From the NCBI GenBank assembly GCA_937877655.1, contig CALFJC010000176.1:4607-68606 (forward strand): DNA of 64,000 bases, given 5' to 3'. Positions 54,535-63,715 of this stretch are shown piece by piece. The notes below the pieces were generated by a model, which saw only the letters and a list, made by a program, of their open reading frames with translations, did no database searches and was not told the DNA's origin. Every line of letters begins with the position of its first letter. The stretch's first letter is position 1. This DNA comes from an uncultured Selenomonadales bacterium (GTDB taxonomy: Bacteria; Bacillota; Negativicutes; Selenomonadales; Selenomonadaceae). A program made the position numbers and the translations under genes.

Positions 54535-55911
54535 ATGGAATTGGCAAAAAAATTATTGGAAAAAAATCGTCCGTCGGAGGCATTGGAGCGATTGAAAGAA
54601 CTTTTGCCTGTCGCGCAGGAAGAGTGGCGAGTTCATGAGCTGATAGGCGCGTGTTTCCACGATTTGTGCGACGCAGAGGGAGCCGTGCAGGCTTATTTGA
54701 ACGCGGCAATGACAGATAAATATTTGCGCAGCCAGCGAATGCATTTCTCAAATTATCTGTTCGCGTTGCATTATCTGCCGCAACTTGACGCGAAAATTTT
54801 AAAAAATGAACTCGCAATTTACAATTCGCTGTATCGTGACGCAGAAAAATTTCCGCCGATAAAAAAATCTGCCGAAAAAATATCTGTGGCTTATTTATCT
54901 CCGAATTTTTGTGATTCTTCGGCGGCGCGATTTTATGAAGCACTTTTAACAGATTATAATCGCGAAAAATTTTCCGTGACGGCGTGGAGTTTATCTAAGG
55001 AAGAAGATTTATTCACGAAAAAGATTCGGCGCAACGTCGACGGCTATTTTGAAATTGCGGAGACGAGTTTTGAAGAAGCGGCGGAGCAAATTCGCGACGC
55101 GGGCGCAGATATTTTAATCGATTTGGGCGGACACACCGAAGGCGGCTCGACTTTGCAAATTGCGGCGTATCGACCTGCGCGGATTCAGATTTGCGGCATA
55201 GGATATTTTGATTCGACGGGCGCAGATTTTATTGATTATTTTATCGGCGACAATTTCTTGACTCCGGACGAAAAAATTTTTACCGAAAAGATTTTGCGGC
55301 TGAAAAATGCGTTTGCCTTCCGTCCGAGTGAAAAAATGATTCGCGAAAAAAATATTCGTTGCCCGTTTTCATACAAAAAATTTGTATTCGGCAGTCTGAA
55401 CAATTTCATGAAAATCACCGATGATTATCTTTTGGCTGTGAAAAAAATTTTGGACGCCGTGCCCGAATCGATGATTATTTTCCGTGATACTACGCCGTTA
55501 AAAAGTCGGCAAGAATCTCTGCTTTATCGGGTCAGACGATTTGGCATTTATCCTCATAAAATTTGCGCAGGAACTGATGATTTTTTCTCGGATTATTCCA
55601 AGATTGATTTGATTTTGGACACATTTCCTTATCCCGGCGGCATGATGACGGCTTTAGCGTTGTATATGGGCGTTCCTGTATTAAATTTATGCGGAAAATT
55701 GCCGCACACGCGGACGGGCGCAGATATTTTGCGAATTGCCGACGTTGAAGAGCTGATTGTAGAAAATATTGACGATTACATAAAAAAAGCCGTCGAAATG
55801 GCGAATAATCGAGCAAAACTCGCGGCGTTGACAGAAAAAATTTCTGTTGATAAACTGACCGACACGAAAAGTTTTGTCGAAGATTTTTATAAAAGTTTGG
55901 AGGCGATTTAA
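54535..55911 (+). CDS. TPR plus GT41-type (SPINDLY/O-GlcNAc-transferase-like) glycosyltransferase
   Basis: ISVAYLSPNFCDSSAARFY..DYNREKFSVTAWS, FGSLNNFMKITDDYL..ILDAVPESMIIF and DTFPYPGGMMTALALYMGVPVL match COG3914-type motifs. Confidence 0.7.
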   Translation: MELAKKLLEKNRPSEALERLKELLPVAQEEWRVHELIGACFHDLCDAEGAVQAYLNAAMTDKYLRSQRMHFSNYLFALHYLPQLDAKILKNELAIYNSLYRDAEKFPPIKKSAEKISVAYLSPNFCDSSAARFYEALLTDYNREKFSVTAWSLSKEEDLFTKKIRRNVDGYFEIAETSFEEAAEQIRDAGADILIDLGGHTEGGSTLQIAAYRPARIQICGIGYFDSTGADFIDYFIGDNFLTPDEKIFTEKILRLKNAFAFRPSEKMIREKNIRCPFSYKKFVFGSLNNFMKITDDYLLAVKKILDAVPESMIIFRDTTPLKSRQESLLYRVRRFGIYPHKICAGTDDFFSDYSKIDLILDTFPYPGGMMTALALYMGVPVLNLCGKLPHTRTGADILRIADVEELIVENIDDYIKKAVEMANNRAKLAALTEKISVDKLTDTKSFVEDFYKSLEAI

Positions 55912-56502
55912 ATGGCAACCGAGATTCTCAATGAACGTTTGCTCTATCCGTCTTACGAAATTATTGGAGGTAAAAAAATTATGGCACCTGCGGCAAATCC
56001 GACTCACGGTAGCATTATCGGAAGACTTTATGCATTTTTTTTCAGTTATTTGGATGCGAAAAACGCCGGTTACGTGTTCGTAGATGATGTTGACGTTTAT
56101 CTCAAGGACGGTCCTCTTTTCAAGCCGGATTTAATCGTTGTTTTGGAAGAAAATTCATCAATTATCGATTGGAACAAGGGAATTTACGGCGCACCGGATA
56201 TGCTCGTCGAAGTTTTATCCCGCTCTACCAAAAAAAGAGATGTTACAATTAAAAAAGACACTTACGAGGCAAACGGCGTGCGAGAATATTGGATTATCGA
56301 CCCGTGGATTAAAAGTGTGACGGTTTATCTTCTGCGCGACGGTAAATATTTTCTCGACGACGAGTATATTTTGTTCGACGATAAAGATTTGGAACTGATG
56401 ACGGACGCTGAAAAAGCCGAAATTAAAAATGAAGTGCCCGTTTCTATTTTGGAAGGTTTGACAGTTCCTTTGAAATTTATTTTTAAGTGGGGTTACAAAT
56501 AA
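55912..56502 (+). CDS. Uma2 (DUF820) family endonuclease
   Basis: PDLIVV, PDMLVEVLSRSTKKRDVTIKKDTYEANGVREYWIIDP (a PD-(D/E)xK-like core). The ATG abuts the upstream stop. Confidence 0.75.
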   Translation: MATEILNERLLYPSYEIIGGKKIMAPAANPTHGSIIGRLYAFFFSYLDAKNAGYVFVDDVDVYLKDGPLFKPDLIVVLEENSSIIDWNKGIYGAPDMLVEVLSRSTKKRDVTIKKDTYEANGVREYWIIDPWIKSVTVYLLRDGKYFLDDEYILFDDKDLELMTDAEKAEIKNEVPVSILEGLTVPLKFIFKWGYK

Positions 56503-56503
56503 A

Positions 56504-57340
56504 ATGATTGATAATGACGAGCGACGCGGGCTTTTACAGTTCGTTTCGCCTGATTTTTTGCCGATAAATATACTTTTAGTAGAAAATGAGCAGTTTTTAT
56601 CGGCGTTGCGAGAAATTTTGCCCGCCGCGCAGATTGCTTTGCTGAAAAAGGAGTTTTCGCCCGAAATAAAAGAGCTTTGCAACGAATTTCGCGCAGATTT
56701 AACGGAAGAATTGCCGACTGCACCGAAAATTTTTGAAATAATCATTGCGGAAGACGTTTTGACGGTCGGAGAAAATTTTTATTCAATGTTGATGGCGTAT
56801 AATCACTTGCTGAAGGATTCGGGCTTTTTGTTGACGCAATTTTATAACGTTCGATTTATAAAAGTGCTTGAAAATCTGAGATGCGGACGATTTTTGAGCA
56901 ACGAGCGGAGATTTTGGGCAAAATCGGACGTTGTAAAGCTGTTGGACGATGCGATTTACAAAGAAATTCACTTTTTGCCGGGCGAGAGAGAAAAAATTTC
57001 GGTAACGGATTGGGAAAAGTTCGGATTTGAAAATTTCAGTGAGGATTTGACGACAAAAATTTGGTTGGTGAAAGCTTGCAAGTGCACAGCGGAAGTTGCC
57101 GCGCTGAAAAATTTATTTACGCCCGAAATCCGCGCAGATTTATCGCGACTTCTCCACAGAATCGAATATGATCTTGACGCGGAAGAAAATTTTCAGCGAT
57201 TGATGGAACTTTGCGAGCGCGAAGAAATTTTTGATGAATATCTGAGCGATTTTATAAACCAAGTCGTGATTCACGAGGCGGCGAAAGATTTTATCAAGGC
57301 GCGGGCTGAAAATTTCGGGCGAAACATTTCTTTCGATTAA
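56504..57340 (+). CDS. Hypothetical protein with a degenerate methyltransferase-like fold segment
   Basis: FEIIIAEDVLTVGENFYSMLMAYNHLLKDSGFLLTQFYN resembles the class I MTase motif II-III region, but there is no GxGxG motif I. It is co-operonic with the GT41 and Uma2 genes. Confidence 0.45.
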   Translation: MIDNDERRGLLQFVSPDFLPINILLVENEQFLSALREILPAAQIALLKKEFSPEIKELCNEFRADLTEELPTAPKIFEIIIAEDVLTVGENFYSMLMAYNHLLKDSGFLLTQFYNVRFIKVLENLRCGRFLSNERRFWAKSDVVKLLDDAIYKEIHFLPGEREKISVTDWEKFGFENFSEDLTTKIWLVKACKCTAEVAALKNLFTPEIRADLSRLLHRIEYDLDAEENFQRLMELCEREEIFDEYLSDFINQVVIHEAAKDFIKARAENFGRNISFD

Positions 57341-57343
57341 AAA

Positions 57344-57377
57344 ATCTGCTCTTCGACGCGGGGAGCGGATTTTTTTT
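57344..57377 (+). terminator. Intrinsic terminator
   Basis: ATCTGCTC..GAGCGGAT stem followed by T7. Confidence 0.65.
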
Positions 57378-57443
57378 GTGCGTTGTAAAAAATTTCCTTA
57401 ATCGTGTATAATGACTTTGAAAATTTTACAGCGAGGGATTTTG

Positions 57444-58571
57444 ATGAATCGCAGGAATTTTATCAGGAATTTTCTAATCGGCGCGGCGGGCTTGACGGCG
57501 GCGGCGGGCGGCGGAATTTTTTATTACATAAATCGTCCGGAATTCGGAAGGTTGCCGACGGGTTCGCGGCTTGAAAAGATTTTATCTTCGCCGCATTACT
57601 TCAAAGATCATTTCGAGTGCTTGACGCCCGTAAAAGTCATGAGCGAAGAAATTCAAGATAAAGAAAATCGGATTGTGGCGACGTGGAAATTTTTATTCGG
57701 CGATAAAGCGGGACTTGTGCCGCCGAAGCCCGTTCCGACAATCAAAACCGATTTAAATTCGCTCGGCAACGAAGACTGCGCGGTTTGGATGGGGCATTCG
57801 ACGATTTATCTTCAGCTCGGCGGACGAAAAATTTTGCTTGACCCGGTATTTTCTCCGTATGCCTCGCCGATTTTTTTTGTCAACCGCGCTTTTGAAGGCA
57901 GCAATATTTATTCCGCCGAAAATTTCCCGCCGATTGATATTTTGGCGATAACACACGACCATTGGGATCATCTCGATTATCCTACGATTATTTCTCTCAA
58001 GCCGAAGATAAAAACCGTGCTTTGTCCGCTGGGTGTCGGAGAATATTTTGAGCAATGGGGCTTTGACGCGGAAAAAATCATTGAGGAAGATTGGGATTCG
58101 GTTATCGACTTCGGACGCGGCTTGACGGCGCACATTTTACCGAGCCAGCATTTTTCGGGGCGCATGTTGACGCAAAATCCAACCGAATGGTGCGCCTTTG
58201 CCTTCGTGACATCTGCGCGGAAAATTTTTTGTTCCGGCGACGGCGGCTACTCGGAGCATTTCAAAGACATTGGAAAAAAATTCGGCGACTTCGATTTGGC
58301 ATTTATGGAAAACGGGCAGTATAATTTGGCATGGCACGCGATTCACATGTTGCCGAACGAAACCGCGCAGGCTTCGGAAGATATTCGCGCCAAAAAAGTT
58401 GTGCCGATTCATTCGGGAAAATTTGCATTGGCGCGGCACATGTGGAATGAACCTTACAAAGATTTGCTTGCCGAGAGTGCGGGAAAAAATTACGAGCTTT
58501 TGACTCCGAAAATCGGCGAATTGATAACTTTTGGCGGCGAACAAAATTTTTCGCGGTGGTTTGAATTATGA
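57444..58571 (+). CDS. MBL-fold metallo-hydrolase with a Tat-type signal
   Basis: MNRRNFIRNFLIGAAGLTAAAGG is a twin-arginine signal. Metal motif ITHDHWDHLD. GAGGG lies 6 nt before ATG 57444. Confidence 0.75.
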   Translation: MNRRNFIRNFLIGAAGLTAAAGGGIFYYINRPEFGRLPTGSRLEKILSSPHYFKDHFECLTPVKVMSEEIQDKENRIVATWKFLFGDKAGLVPPKPVPTIKTDLNSLGNEDCAVWMGHSTIYLQLGGRKILLDPVFSPYASPIFFVNRAFEGSNIYSAENFPPIDILAITHDHWDHLDYPTIISLKPKIKTVLCPLGVGEYFEQWGFDAEKIIEEDWDSVIDFGRGLTAHILPSQHFSGRMLTQNPTEWCAFAFVTSARKIFCSGDGGYSEHFKDIGKKFGDFDLAFMENGQYNLAWHAIHMLPNETAQASEDIRAKKVVPIHSGKFALARHMWNEPYKDLLAESAGKNYELLTPKIGELITFGGEQNFSRWFEL

Positions 58572-59197
58572 TTGCATTAATTTTAATCGCGGCGGTCGTG
58601 ACGATGGCATTTCTTTACAAATTTTCGCCGACGAAAAAAACTTTCATGATAATCTGCGCGGTTTTGGTAATTGTATTCGGCACAAGCGCGTTTATTCGCG
58701 GTCAGCAAGTTCAACAGGAAAAAATTTCGCGGGCGCAACTTGAAGAACTGCTGGAGCAACAAAAAATTTTCGGCGAGTGGTACGCGGCTTATCAAAAGGA
58801 TATTGATCGTCTTGACAGAAATTGGCAATCATACCACAACATAATTGAGGGTTTGAATTCGATTGACGCGCAAAATTTCAATGCCGATGCGTTGCACATG
58901 CGATTTTTGATTTTGGAGCAGGATTCGATTGAGGAGCAGATAAAAATTCGGATGCTTTACGCGCCGCCGGAATTGAGCAGAGAAAGTCGGGCATTGGTCG
59001 AGACAGTCATTTACAAAACTCAGCAATACGTTGACGCGCAGACGAAAACAATAATTTTATCGGAGGCGGCGGCAAAACCTCCCGTCGAATTGGAGGATTT
59101 GAAACTGAAACTTCATGACATAATGATTCGCGAATCGCCCGAAGGATTATTTACGGCGCAAGAAATTTCGGCAATACGCTCTGCTTTGAGAGATTAA
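58568..59197 (+). CDS. Membrane-anchored hypothetical protein
   Basis: ATGA overlap with the upstream gene. Two N-terminal TM segments, then a helical region. I recognise no family. Confidence 0.5.
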   Translation: MIALILIAAVVTMAFLYKFSPTKKTFMIICAVLVIVFGTSAFIRGQQVQQEKISRAQLEELLEQQKIFGEWYAAYQKDIDRLDRNWQSYHNIIEGLNSIDAQNFNADALHMRFLILEQDSIEEQIKIRMLYAPPELSRESRALVETVIYKTQQYVDAQTKTIILSEAAAKPPVELEDLKLKLHDIMIRESPEGLFTAQEISAIRSALRD

Positions 59198-59214
59198 AGA
59201 ACGGAGGAAATTTT

Positions 59215-61014
59215 TTGAACGACAAGATAAGGAATTTTTCAATCATAGCGCACATAGATCACGGCAAATCGACGCTCGCCGACAGGTTAATTGAAATGAC
59301 GGGCACGGTTGAAAAGCGCGATATGAACGAACAATTTTTGGACAACATGGAGCTTGAACGCGAGCGCGGCATTACGATAAAGGCGCAGACTGTTCGTTTG
59401 AAATACACGGCGCGGGACGGCGAAACTTATCAGCTGAATTTAATCGACACGCCCGGTCACGTCGATTTTACTTACGAAGTTTCGCGAAGTCTTGCCGCTT
59501 GCGAAGGAGCACTTTTGGTTGTCGATGCCACTCAAGGCGTCGAGGCACAAACTTTGTCGAATGTTTATCTGGCGTTGGAACATGATTTGGAAATTGTTCC
59601 CGTCATCAACAAAATCGATTTGGCGAGTGCCGACGTTGAAAGAGCCCGCGCAGAAATTGAGGAGGCAATAGGGCTTGACGCAAGCGACGCGGTTAAATGT
59701 TCCGCGAAAACCGGCGAAGGCGTCGAGGAAATTTTGGAAGCGATTGTAAAAAAAATCCCGCCGCCCGAAGGTGACGAGTCAAAACCTTTGCAAGCACTGA
59801 TTTTCGATTCTTATTTTGATTCCTACAAAGGCGCGGTTGCGCATGTCAGAATTTTTGACGGAAAAGTTCGTAAGGGCGATACGTTGAAACTTTTGGCGAC
59901 GGGCAAAGAATTTGAGGCAACGGAAATAGGAATTTTTTCTCCCGCAATGACTGAACTTGAGGAACTCTGCGCGGGCGAAGTCGGATACATTTGCGGCAGT
60001 TTGAAAGATGTTCGCGACGTTCGGGTAGGCGACACAATCACGACTTCAAAAAATCCCGCCGAAGCATTGGCGGGGTATCGTGCGCCGGTCTCAATGGTTT
60101 TTTGCGGGCTTTACCCGACGGACAGCGTTGACTATGACAATTTAAAAGACGCGCTTGAAAAACTTCAGCTGAACGACGCCGCACTTGTTTACGAGCCCGA
60201 AACTTCAGCCGCATTGGGATTCGGATTTCGTTGCGGCTTTTTGGGTTTGTTGCATATGGATGTTATTCAAGAGCGTTTGGAGCGCGAATACAAATTAAAA
60301 CTCGTGACGACTGCGCCGAGCGTCGTTTACAAAGTTCATAAGACGGACGGAAAAATTTTCACGATTGACAATCCCGCCGCGTTGCCGCCCGTCACCGAAA
60401 TTAAATTTATTGAAGAACCGATGGTTAAGGCGACCGTGATTGTTCCGAGCGAATTTATCGGCGCGGTTATGGAACTTTGTCGCGATAAGCGCGGCACTTA
60501 TCGGAGCATGGATTATATCGACAAAACTCGCGTCATGATCGTTTACGAAATGCCGCTCAACGAAATTATCTATGATTTTTTCGACAAACTCAAATCGATG
60601 ACTCGCGGTTATGCCAGCCTTGACTATGAACTTTCCGAATACAAGCAGAGCGATCTTGCGAAGTTGGACATTCTTTTGAACGGCGATTTGATTGACGCGC
60701 TGAGTTCGATTGTTCATAAAAGTCGTGCCGCAAAAATCGGACGGATTCTCGCGCTGAAACTCAAAAGGATTATTCCCGAACAACTTTTTGATATTCCCGT
60801 CCAAGCGGCTATCGGCGGACGAATTATCGCCCGCGAAACCGTCAAGGCGCGGCGCAAAGACGTTTTGGCGAAATGTTACGGCGGCGACGTTTCGCGCAAG
60901 CGCAAACTTCTGGAGAAACAAAAGGCGGGCAAAAAACGCATGAAAGCCGTTGGCAGTGTCGAATTGCCGCAGGAAGCTTTTATGGCAGTTTTGACCGTCG
61001 GCGACGAGGAATAA
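59215..61014 (+). CDS. lepA: Elongation factor 4 (LepA)
   Basis: G1 [10 protein letters not shown]3 DTPGHVDF, G4 NKIDL and a LepA-specific C-terminal domain. GGAGG lies 8 nt before TTG 59215. Confidence 0.95.
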   Translation: MNDKIRNFSIIAHIDHGKSTLADRLIEMTGTVEKRDMNEQFLDNMELERERGITIKAQTVRLKYTARDGETYQLNLIDTPGHVDFTYEVSRSLAACEGALLVVDATQGVEAQTLSNVYLALEHDLEIVPVINKIDLASADVERARAEIEEAIGLDASDAVKCSAKTGEGVEEILEAIVKKIPPPEGDESKPLQALIFDSYFDSYKGAVAHVRIFDGKVRKGDTLKLLATGKEFEATEIGIFSPAMTELEELCAGEVGYICGSLKDVRDVRVGDTITTSKNPAEALAGYRAPVSMVFCGLYPTDSVDYDNLKDALEKLQLNDAALVYEPETSAALGFGFRCGFLGLLHMDVIQERLEREYKLKLVTTAPSVVYKVHKTDGKIFTIDNPAALPPVTEIKFIEEPMVKATVIVPSEFIGAVMELCRDKRGTYRSMDYIDKTRVMIVYEMPLNEIIYDFFDKLKSMTRGYASLDYELSEYKQSDLAKLDILLNGDLIDALSSIVHKSRAAKIGRILALKLKRIIPEQLFDIPVQAAIGGRIIARETVKARRKDVLAKCYGGDVSRKRKLLEKQKAGKKRMKAVGSVELPQEAFMAVLTVGDEE

Positions 61015-61092
61015 TTTCATGGCAAAAAATAAAAGAATCATTTCTTTGAACATTAAAAGAAAAAAATGTCAAAAGGCTCAAGGAATGAAAAA

Positions 61093-61127
61093 AACCGCTC
61101 AAAATTTTTGGGCGGTTAATTTTTTTT
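61093..61127 (+). terminator. Intrinsic terminator after lepA
   Basis: AACCGCTC..GGGCGGTT stem followed by T8. It lies inside the track ORF 61019-61711, which argues against that long start. Confidence 0.65.
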
Positions 61128-61204
61128 CAAAATATTTTTTTGGAACTGTTGACAAACGGCAAATAAAATCTCCTGCAAAGATCAAATCTATATTCACTCA
61201 AAAA

Positions 61205-61711
61205 ATGGACGAAATTTATTCCGAGCAGATGATCACCGACAAATTGCAAGTCTCTCGAACTCCCGTTCGCGAAACAATTTTGCAGTTGCGTTTTGAAAAT
61301 CTTGTGGACGTTTTCAGCGGGCGCGGTTTCAGCGTCAGACTGATTCATTTTTTCGACGTGCAACAGATAATCCAAGCGCGAACTGCGATTGAGAGCGCGA
61401 GTCTTCGCGCTTTGATAATCGGATTGGATACACGCGAAGGACAAGAAATTCTTAAGCAAATGGAAATTTGCGTAAAACAGGACATGCCGGCGGCAATCTC
61501 TGACGAAAATAATTATAACTTCATGCGGACACAACAGGAACAGGCGATTGTCAGTTCACTGAAAAAACAAAATCGAACACTCGCCGCGATTGACGAACAC
61601 GAAAAAATTTTTTCCGCAGTTAAACGACGCGATACCGACGGCGCGATAAGAGCACTTGTCGATCATATGAACATGACGGAAAATATCTTGCACGAAATGA
61701 TGGCGGATTAA
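61205..61711 (+). CDS. GntR/FCD-family regulator, shortened and possibly degenerate
   Basis: wHTH core KLQVSRTPVRETILQLRFENLVDVFSGRGFSV and an FCD-like tail (DEHEKIFSAVKRRDTDGAIRALVDHM). At about 168 aa it lacks the usual first helix and the middle of the FCD domain. Confidence 0.5.
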   Translation: MDEIYSEQMITDKLQVSRTPVRETILQLRFENLVDVFSGRGFSVRLIHFFDVQQIIQARTAIESASLRALIIGLDTREGQEILKQMEICVKQDMPAAISDENNYNFMRTQQEQAIVSSLKKQNRTLAAIDEHEKIFSAVKRRDTDGAIRALVDHMNMTENILHEMMAD

Positions 61712-61913
61712 TTTTTGATTTGCATTGGCTGTTTAAGGAGACTAATTTTTTTCAAAAGTTTTAGTTGTATACTGCGTGTTACACGTGACACTCCCCACGC
61801 CTAAAGGCAGGGGCTTCTTATTTTAAATTAAATAATTTTGGTTTGGCTTTTGCCGCAAGGTCTGATGAACACTCGTTGCCCGGACATTAAAAAAAATCAG
61901 CAACGCGACGAAA

Positions 61914-61977
61914 CAATTAGCAATGTGCAATTAGTAATGAAAATTCATTGCTAATTACTCATTACTCATTACTAATT
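61914..61977. repeat. Palindromic heptad array (AATTAGC/AATTAGT arm versus CATTACT arm)
   Basis: CAATTAGCAATGTGCAATTAGTAATG aaaatt CATTGCTAATTACTCATTACTCATTACTAATT. Same unit type as the arms flanking the four-helix-bundle gene. Confidence 0.85.
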
Positions 61978-62168
61978 AAGAAGTCGCGGCTGGTGCCTCA
62001 GCTACTATTACTTTGAAGTTATCGCCGTAGATACTGACCGAACCCATTGGTTGGCTTTCAGAAATCAACACAAGGGAATTATAACAACAGTTTTTTCAAA
62101 AACCAATAACGCCGCTTAATATCTTTCGAGACACGTTTTCGATAAAAAATATTTTGGAGGAATGCATT

Positions 62169-62510
62169 ATGAGGAAAGTCGATTTTATCGAGCCGGGAAT
62201 TATGGGAAAACCTATGGTTCGCAATTTGCTCAAGGCGGAATTGAAGTTAAGGTTTACGACATTAACGCCGCCGCCGTCGAATAAATGATTAGGGCGGGCG
62301 CGAAGTCTGCTACAACGCCCAAAGAAACTTTTGCGGGACAAGACGTTGTCATTACGATGGTTCCGAATGGAAAAATTGTTGAATCGCTTTTGACGGGCAC
62401 GGACGGAATTTTGGCTGGCGTCAACGAAGGAATGATTATCGCCGATATGAGTTCCGTTACTCCGACGCAGTCAAAACATTTCACGGAACTTGCGGCAACT
62501 CCGAAGAAAA
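62169..62510 (+). pseudogene. 3-hydroxyisobutyrate / tartronate-semialdehyde dehydrogenase-like gene (GarR/HIBADH family), frameshifted and truncated
   Basis: MRKVDFIEPGIMGKPMVRNLLKA (Rossmann loop altered), then a frame change to GIEVKVYDINAAAVE-stop-MIRAGAKSATTPKETFAGQDVVITMVPNG..ADMSSV. Similarity ends at about residue 115 of an expected 290 or so. Confidence 0.7.
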
Positions 62511-62531
62511 AACTCTCGAAGAACATAAAAA

Positions 62532-63283
62532 ATTGCCGAACGGATCTGCGTCGGCGGCGACATTGAAAAAATCTCTGCGCGGCGCGAAAATGTTTACGAC
62601 TTCAATAAAGTTATCGTCAATGCCGTTGATTATGTCGACGTGGAAATTTTTGCGCTTGCGCTGATAAAGTCGGGAAAAAATTTCATGTTCAGAACGGCGG
62701 CGGCGTTCACAAAAATTATCGGCGGCGAAGATAAATCGCTTTTAACCCGCGCAGAACTTGATGACTAAAAAAATCCCAACGGCGGCTTGATAATTGCAGG
62801 CTCTCACGTCAAGAAAAACACCGCGCAACTTGATGAACTTAAGGAAATTTCTTCGGTTGCGTTCATTGAGTTTGATGTTTCAGATTTGGGCGCAGTCGAT
62901 AAAATTATTCGGCAGGCGAAAGAAAATATTTCTCGCGGACAGACGACGGCGATTTATACCGGCAGAAAAGTTTTGGACGTCGGCAATGCGGAAAAAAATC
63001 TTGCGGCGTCCGTGAATATCTCCGAAGCTTTGACAAGCATTGTCAATCGAATAAATGTTCGCCGAAATTTTTAATCGCGAAGGGCGGAATTACTTCTTCT
63101 GACGTTGGAACAAAAGGTTTAAGCGTCAAAAAAGCTTTGGTACTCGGTCAAGTGGCGGCGGGCATTCCCGTTTGGAAAATAGGCGCGGAAAGTAAATTCC
63201 CTGTCATGATTTACATAATTTTTCCCGGCAACGTCGGCAACGTCGACACTTTGAAAAGTATCGTTGAAATGCTCGGCGCATAA
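62532..63283 (+). pseudogene. Four-carbon acid sugar kinase (DUF1537, OtnK/YgbK-like), N-terminally truncated with an in-frame stop and a frameshift
   Basis: VIVNAVDYVDVEIFALALIKSGKNFMFRTAAAF..stop(62766-62768)..GGLIIAGSHVKKNTAQLDEL.., then a +1 shift near 63055-63062 into PKFLIAKGGITSSDVGTKGL..GIPVWKIG..FPGNVG. Confidence 0.7.
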
Positions 63284-63322
63284 AAAAATTGGTTTGCTCG
63301 ACGTTCCTCCGTTAAGCAAACC
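63282..63322 (-). terminator. Intrinsic terminator that works only on the minus strand
   Basis: Minus strand reads GGTTTGCT..AGCAAACC followed by AATTTTTTT. On the + strand the run is A-rich and precedes the stem. Confidence 0.65.
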
Positions 63323-63626
63323 ACAAATAAACCCACTAAAATATTTTAGACTAAAATTTTTGCAGTGACAAATTTTTTCGTGCGGCGATTTGCCTCCGCA
63401 GGACGATGCCCCGCCCTGTGTTCTTACAAACTTTTGCTTTAGTCTGTCTGTCCTACGCCGGAGTGCTGATTTTACCCTTAACTTTGCCCCTCCATCCGGG
63501 CGTTGTGGTGGGCGACAGGGGTCAAAGGGCTCGGGCACTGCTACAGTAGTTTTGAGGGCATATTTGAACTGCCTTTTACACCGGGTCTGTCCAAAATTTT
63601 TACTTTTCACCTCTCACTAATATTTT
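63285..63626 (-). ncRNA. Candidate unclassified structured ncRNA (about 340 nt) delimited by its own promoter and terminator
   Basis: A minus-strand TTGCCA-17-TATAAT promoter lies upstream and an intrinsic terminator downstream. The core (about 63380-63600) is clearly more GC-rich than its surroundings. There is no SD-led ORF. Possible helices include CTTTGACCCCT/AGGGGCAAAG and TGCCCGAGCCC/GGGCGGGGCA. Confidence 0.4.
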
Positions 63627-63632
63627 TTTTAC

Positions 63633-63661
63633 ATTATAGAACGCAAAAAGTGTTTTGGCAA
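63633..63661 (-). promoter_or_regulatory. Sigma-70-type promoter on the minus strand
   Basis: Minus strand: TTGCCA (63661-63656), 17-nt spacer, TATAAT (63638-63633). Confidence 0.6.
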
Positions 63662-63715
63662 TTTTTTGTGCGGCTTATATCCCCATAGCTAAAGCCGGGG
63701 ATTTTACGCCGCCTT

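Noticed and set aside
61019-61204. The long N-terminal extension of the GntR-like ORF (track start 61019).
   Set aside because: It contains the lepA intrinsic terminator (61093-61127) and translates to a Lys-rich, non-homologous sequence. ATG 61205 is the first start downstream of the terminator.
657-61977. Whether the heptad arrays could be a CRISPR array or minisatellite-encoded peptide repeats.
   Set aside because: The units are contiguous 7-mers with no spacers, each array is under 50 nt per arm, and no cas genes are present. The period of 7 is incompatible with in-frame peptide repeats.
63119-63610. The 163-aa minus-strand ORF covering the GC-rich island (MKSKNFGQTRCKRQF...).
   Set aside because: Its GTG start is embedded in the only SD-like sequence. 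The product is Arg/Lys/Pro/Gly/Cys-rich and low in complexity. The frame also runs straight through an intrinsic terminator and antisense to the kinase pseudogene.
63285-63626. Identifying the candidate ncRNA as RNase P RNA, tmRNA, SRP RNA or 6S RNA on the basis of its size.
   Set aside because: The universally conserved strings are absent: GAGGAAAGUCC and ACAGAAxCCGGCUUA in the right positions, a tRNA-like acceptor with GGUUCGA, and GGAAGCAGC. A partial ACAGACCCGG match sits at the wrong (5') end. The RNA is left unclassified.
61793-63700. Two similar small hairpins, TCCCCA(CGC)CTAAAG(GCA)GGGG at 61793-61813 and TCCCCA(TAG)CTAAAG(CC)GGGG at 63681-63700, as possible att-like or REP boundaries of the decayed locus.
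   Set aside because: There are only two copies, sharing about 16 of 21 positions. Each is followed by a T-rich tract, so they are equally well explained as ordinary terminator-like hairpins. The evidence is insufficient.
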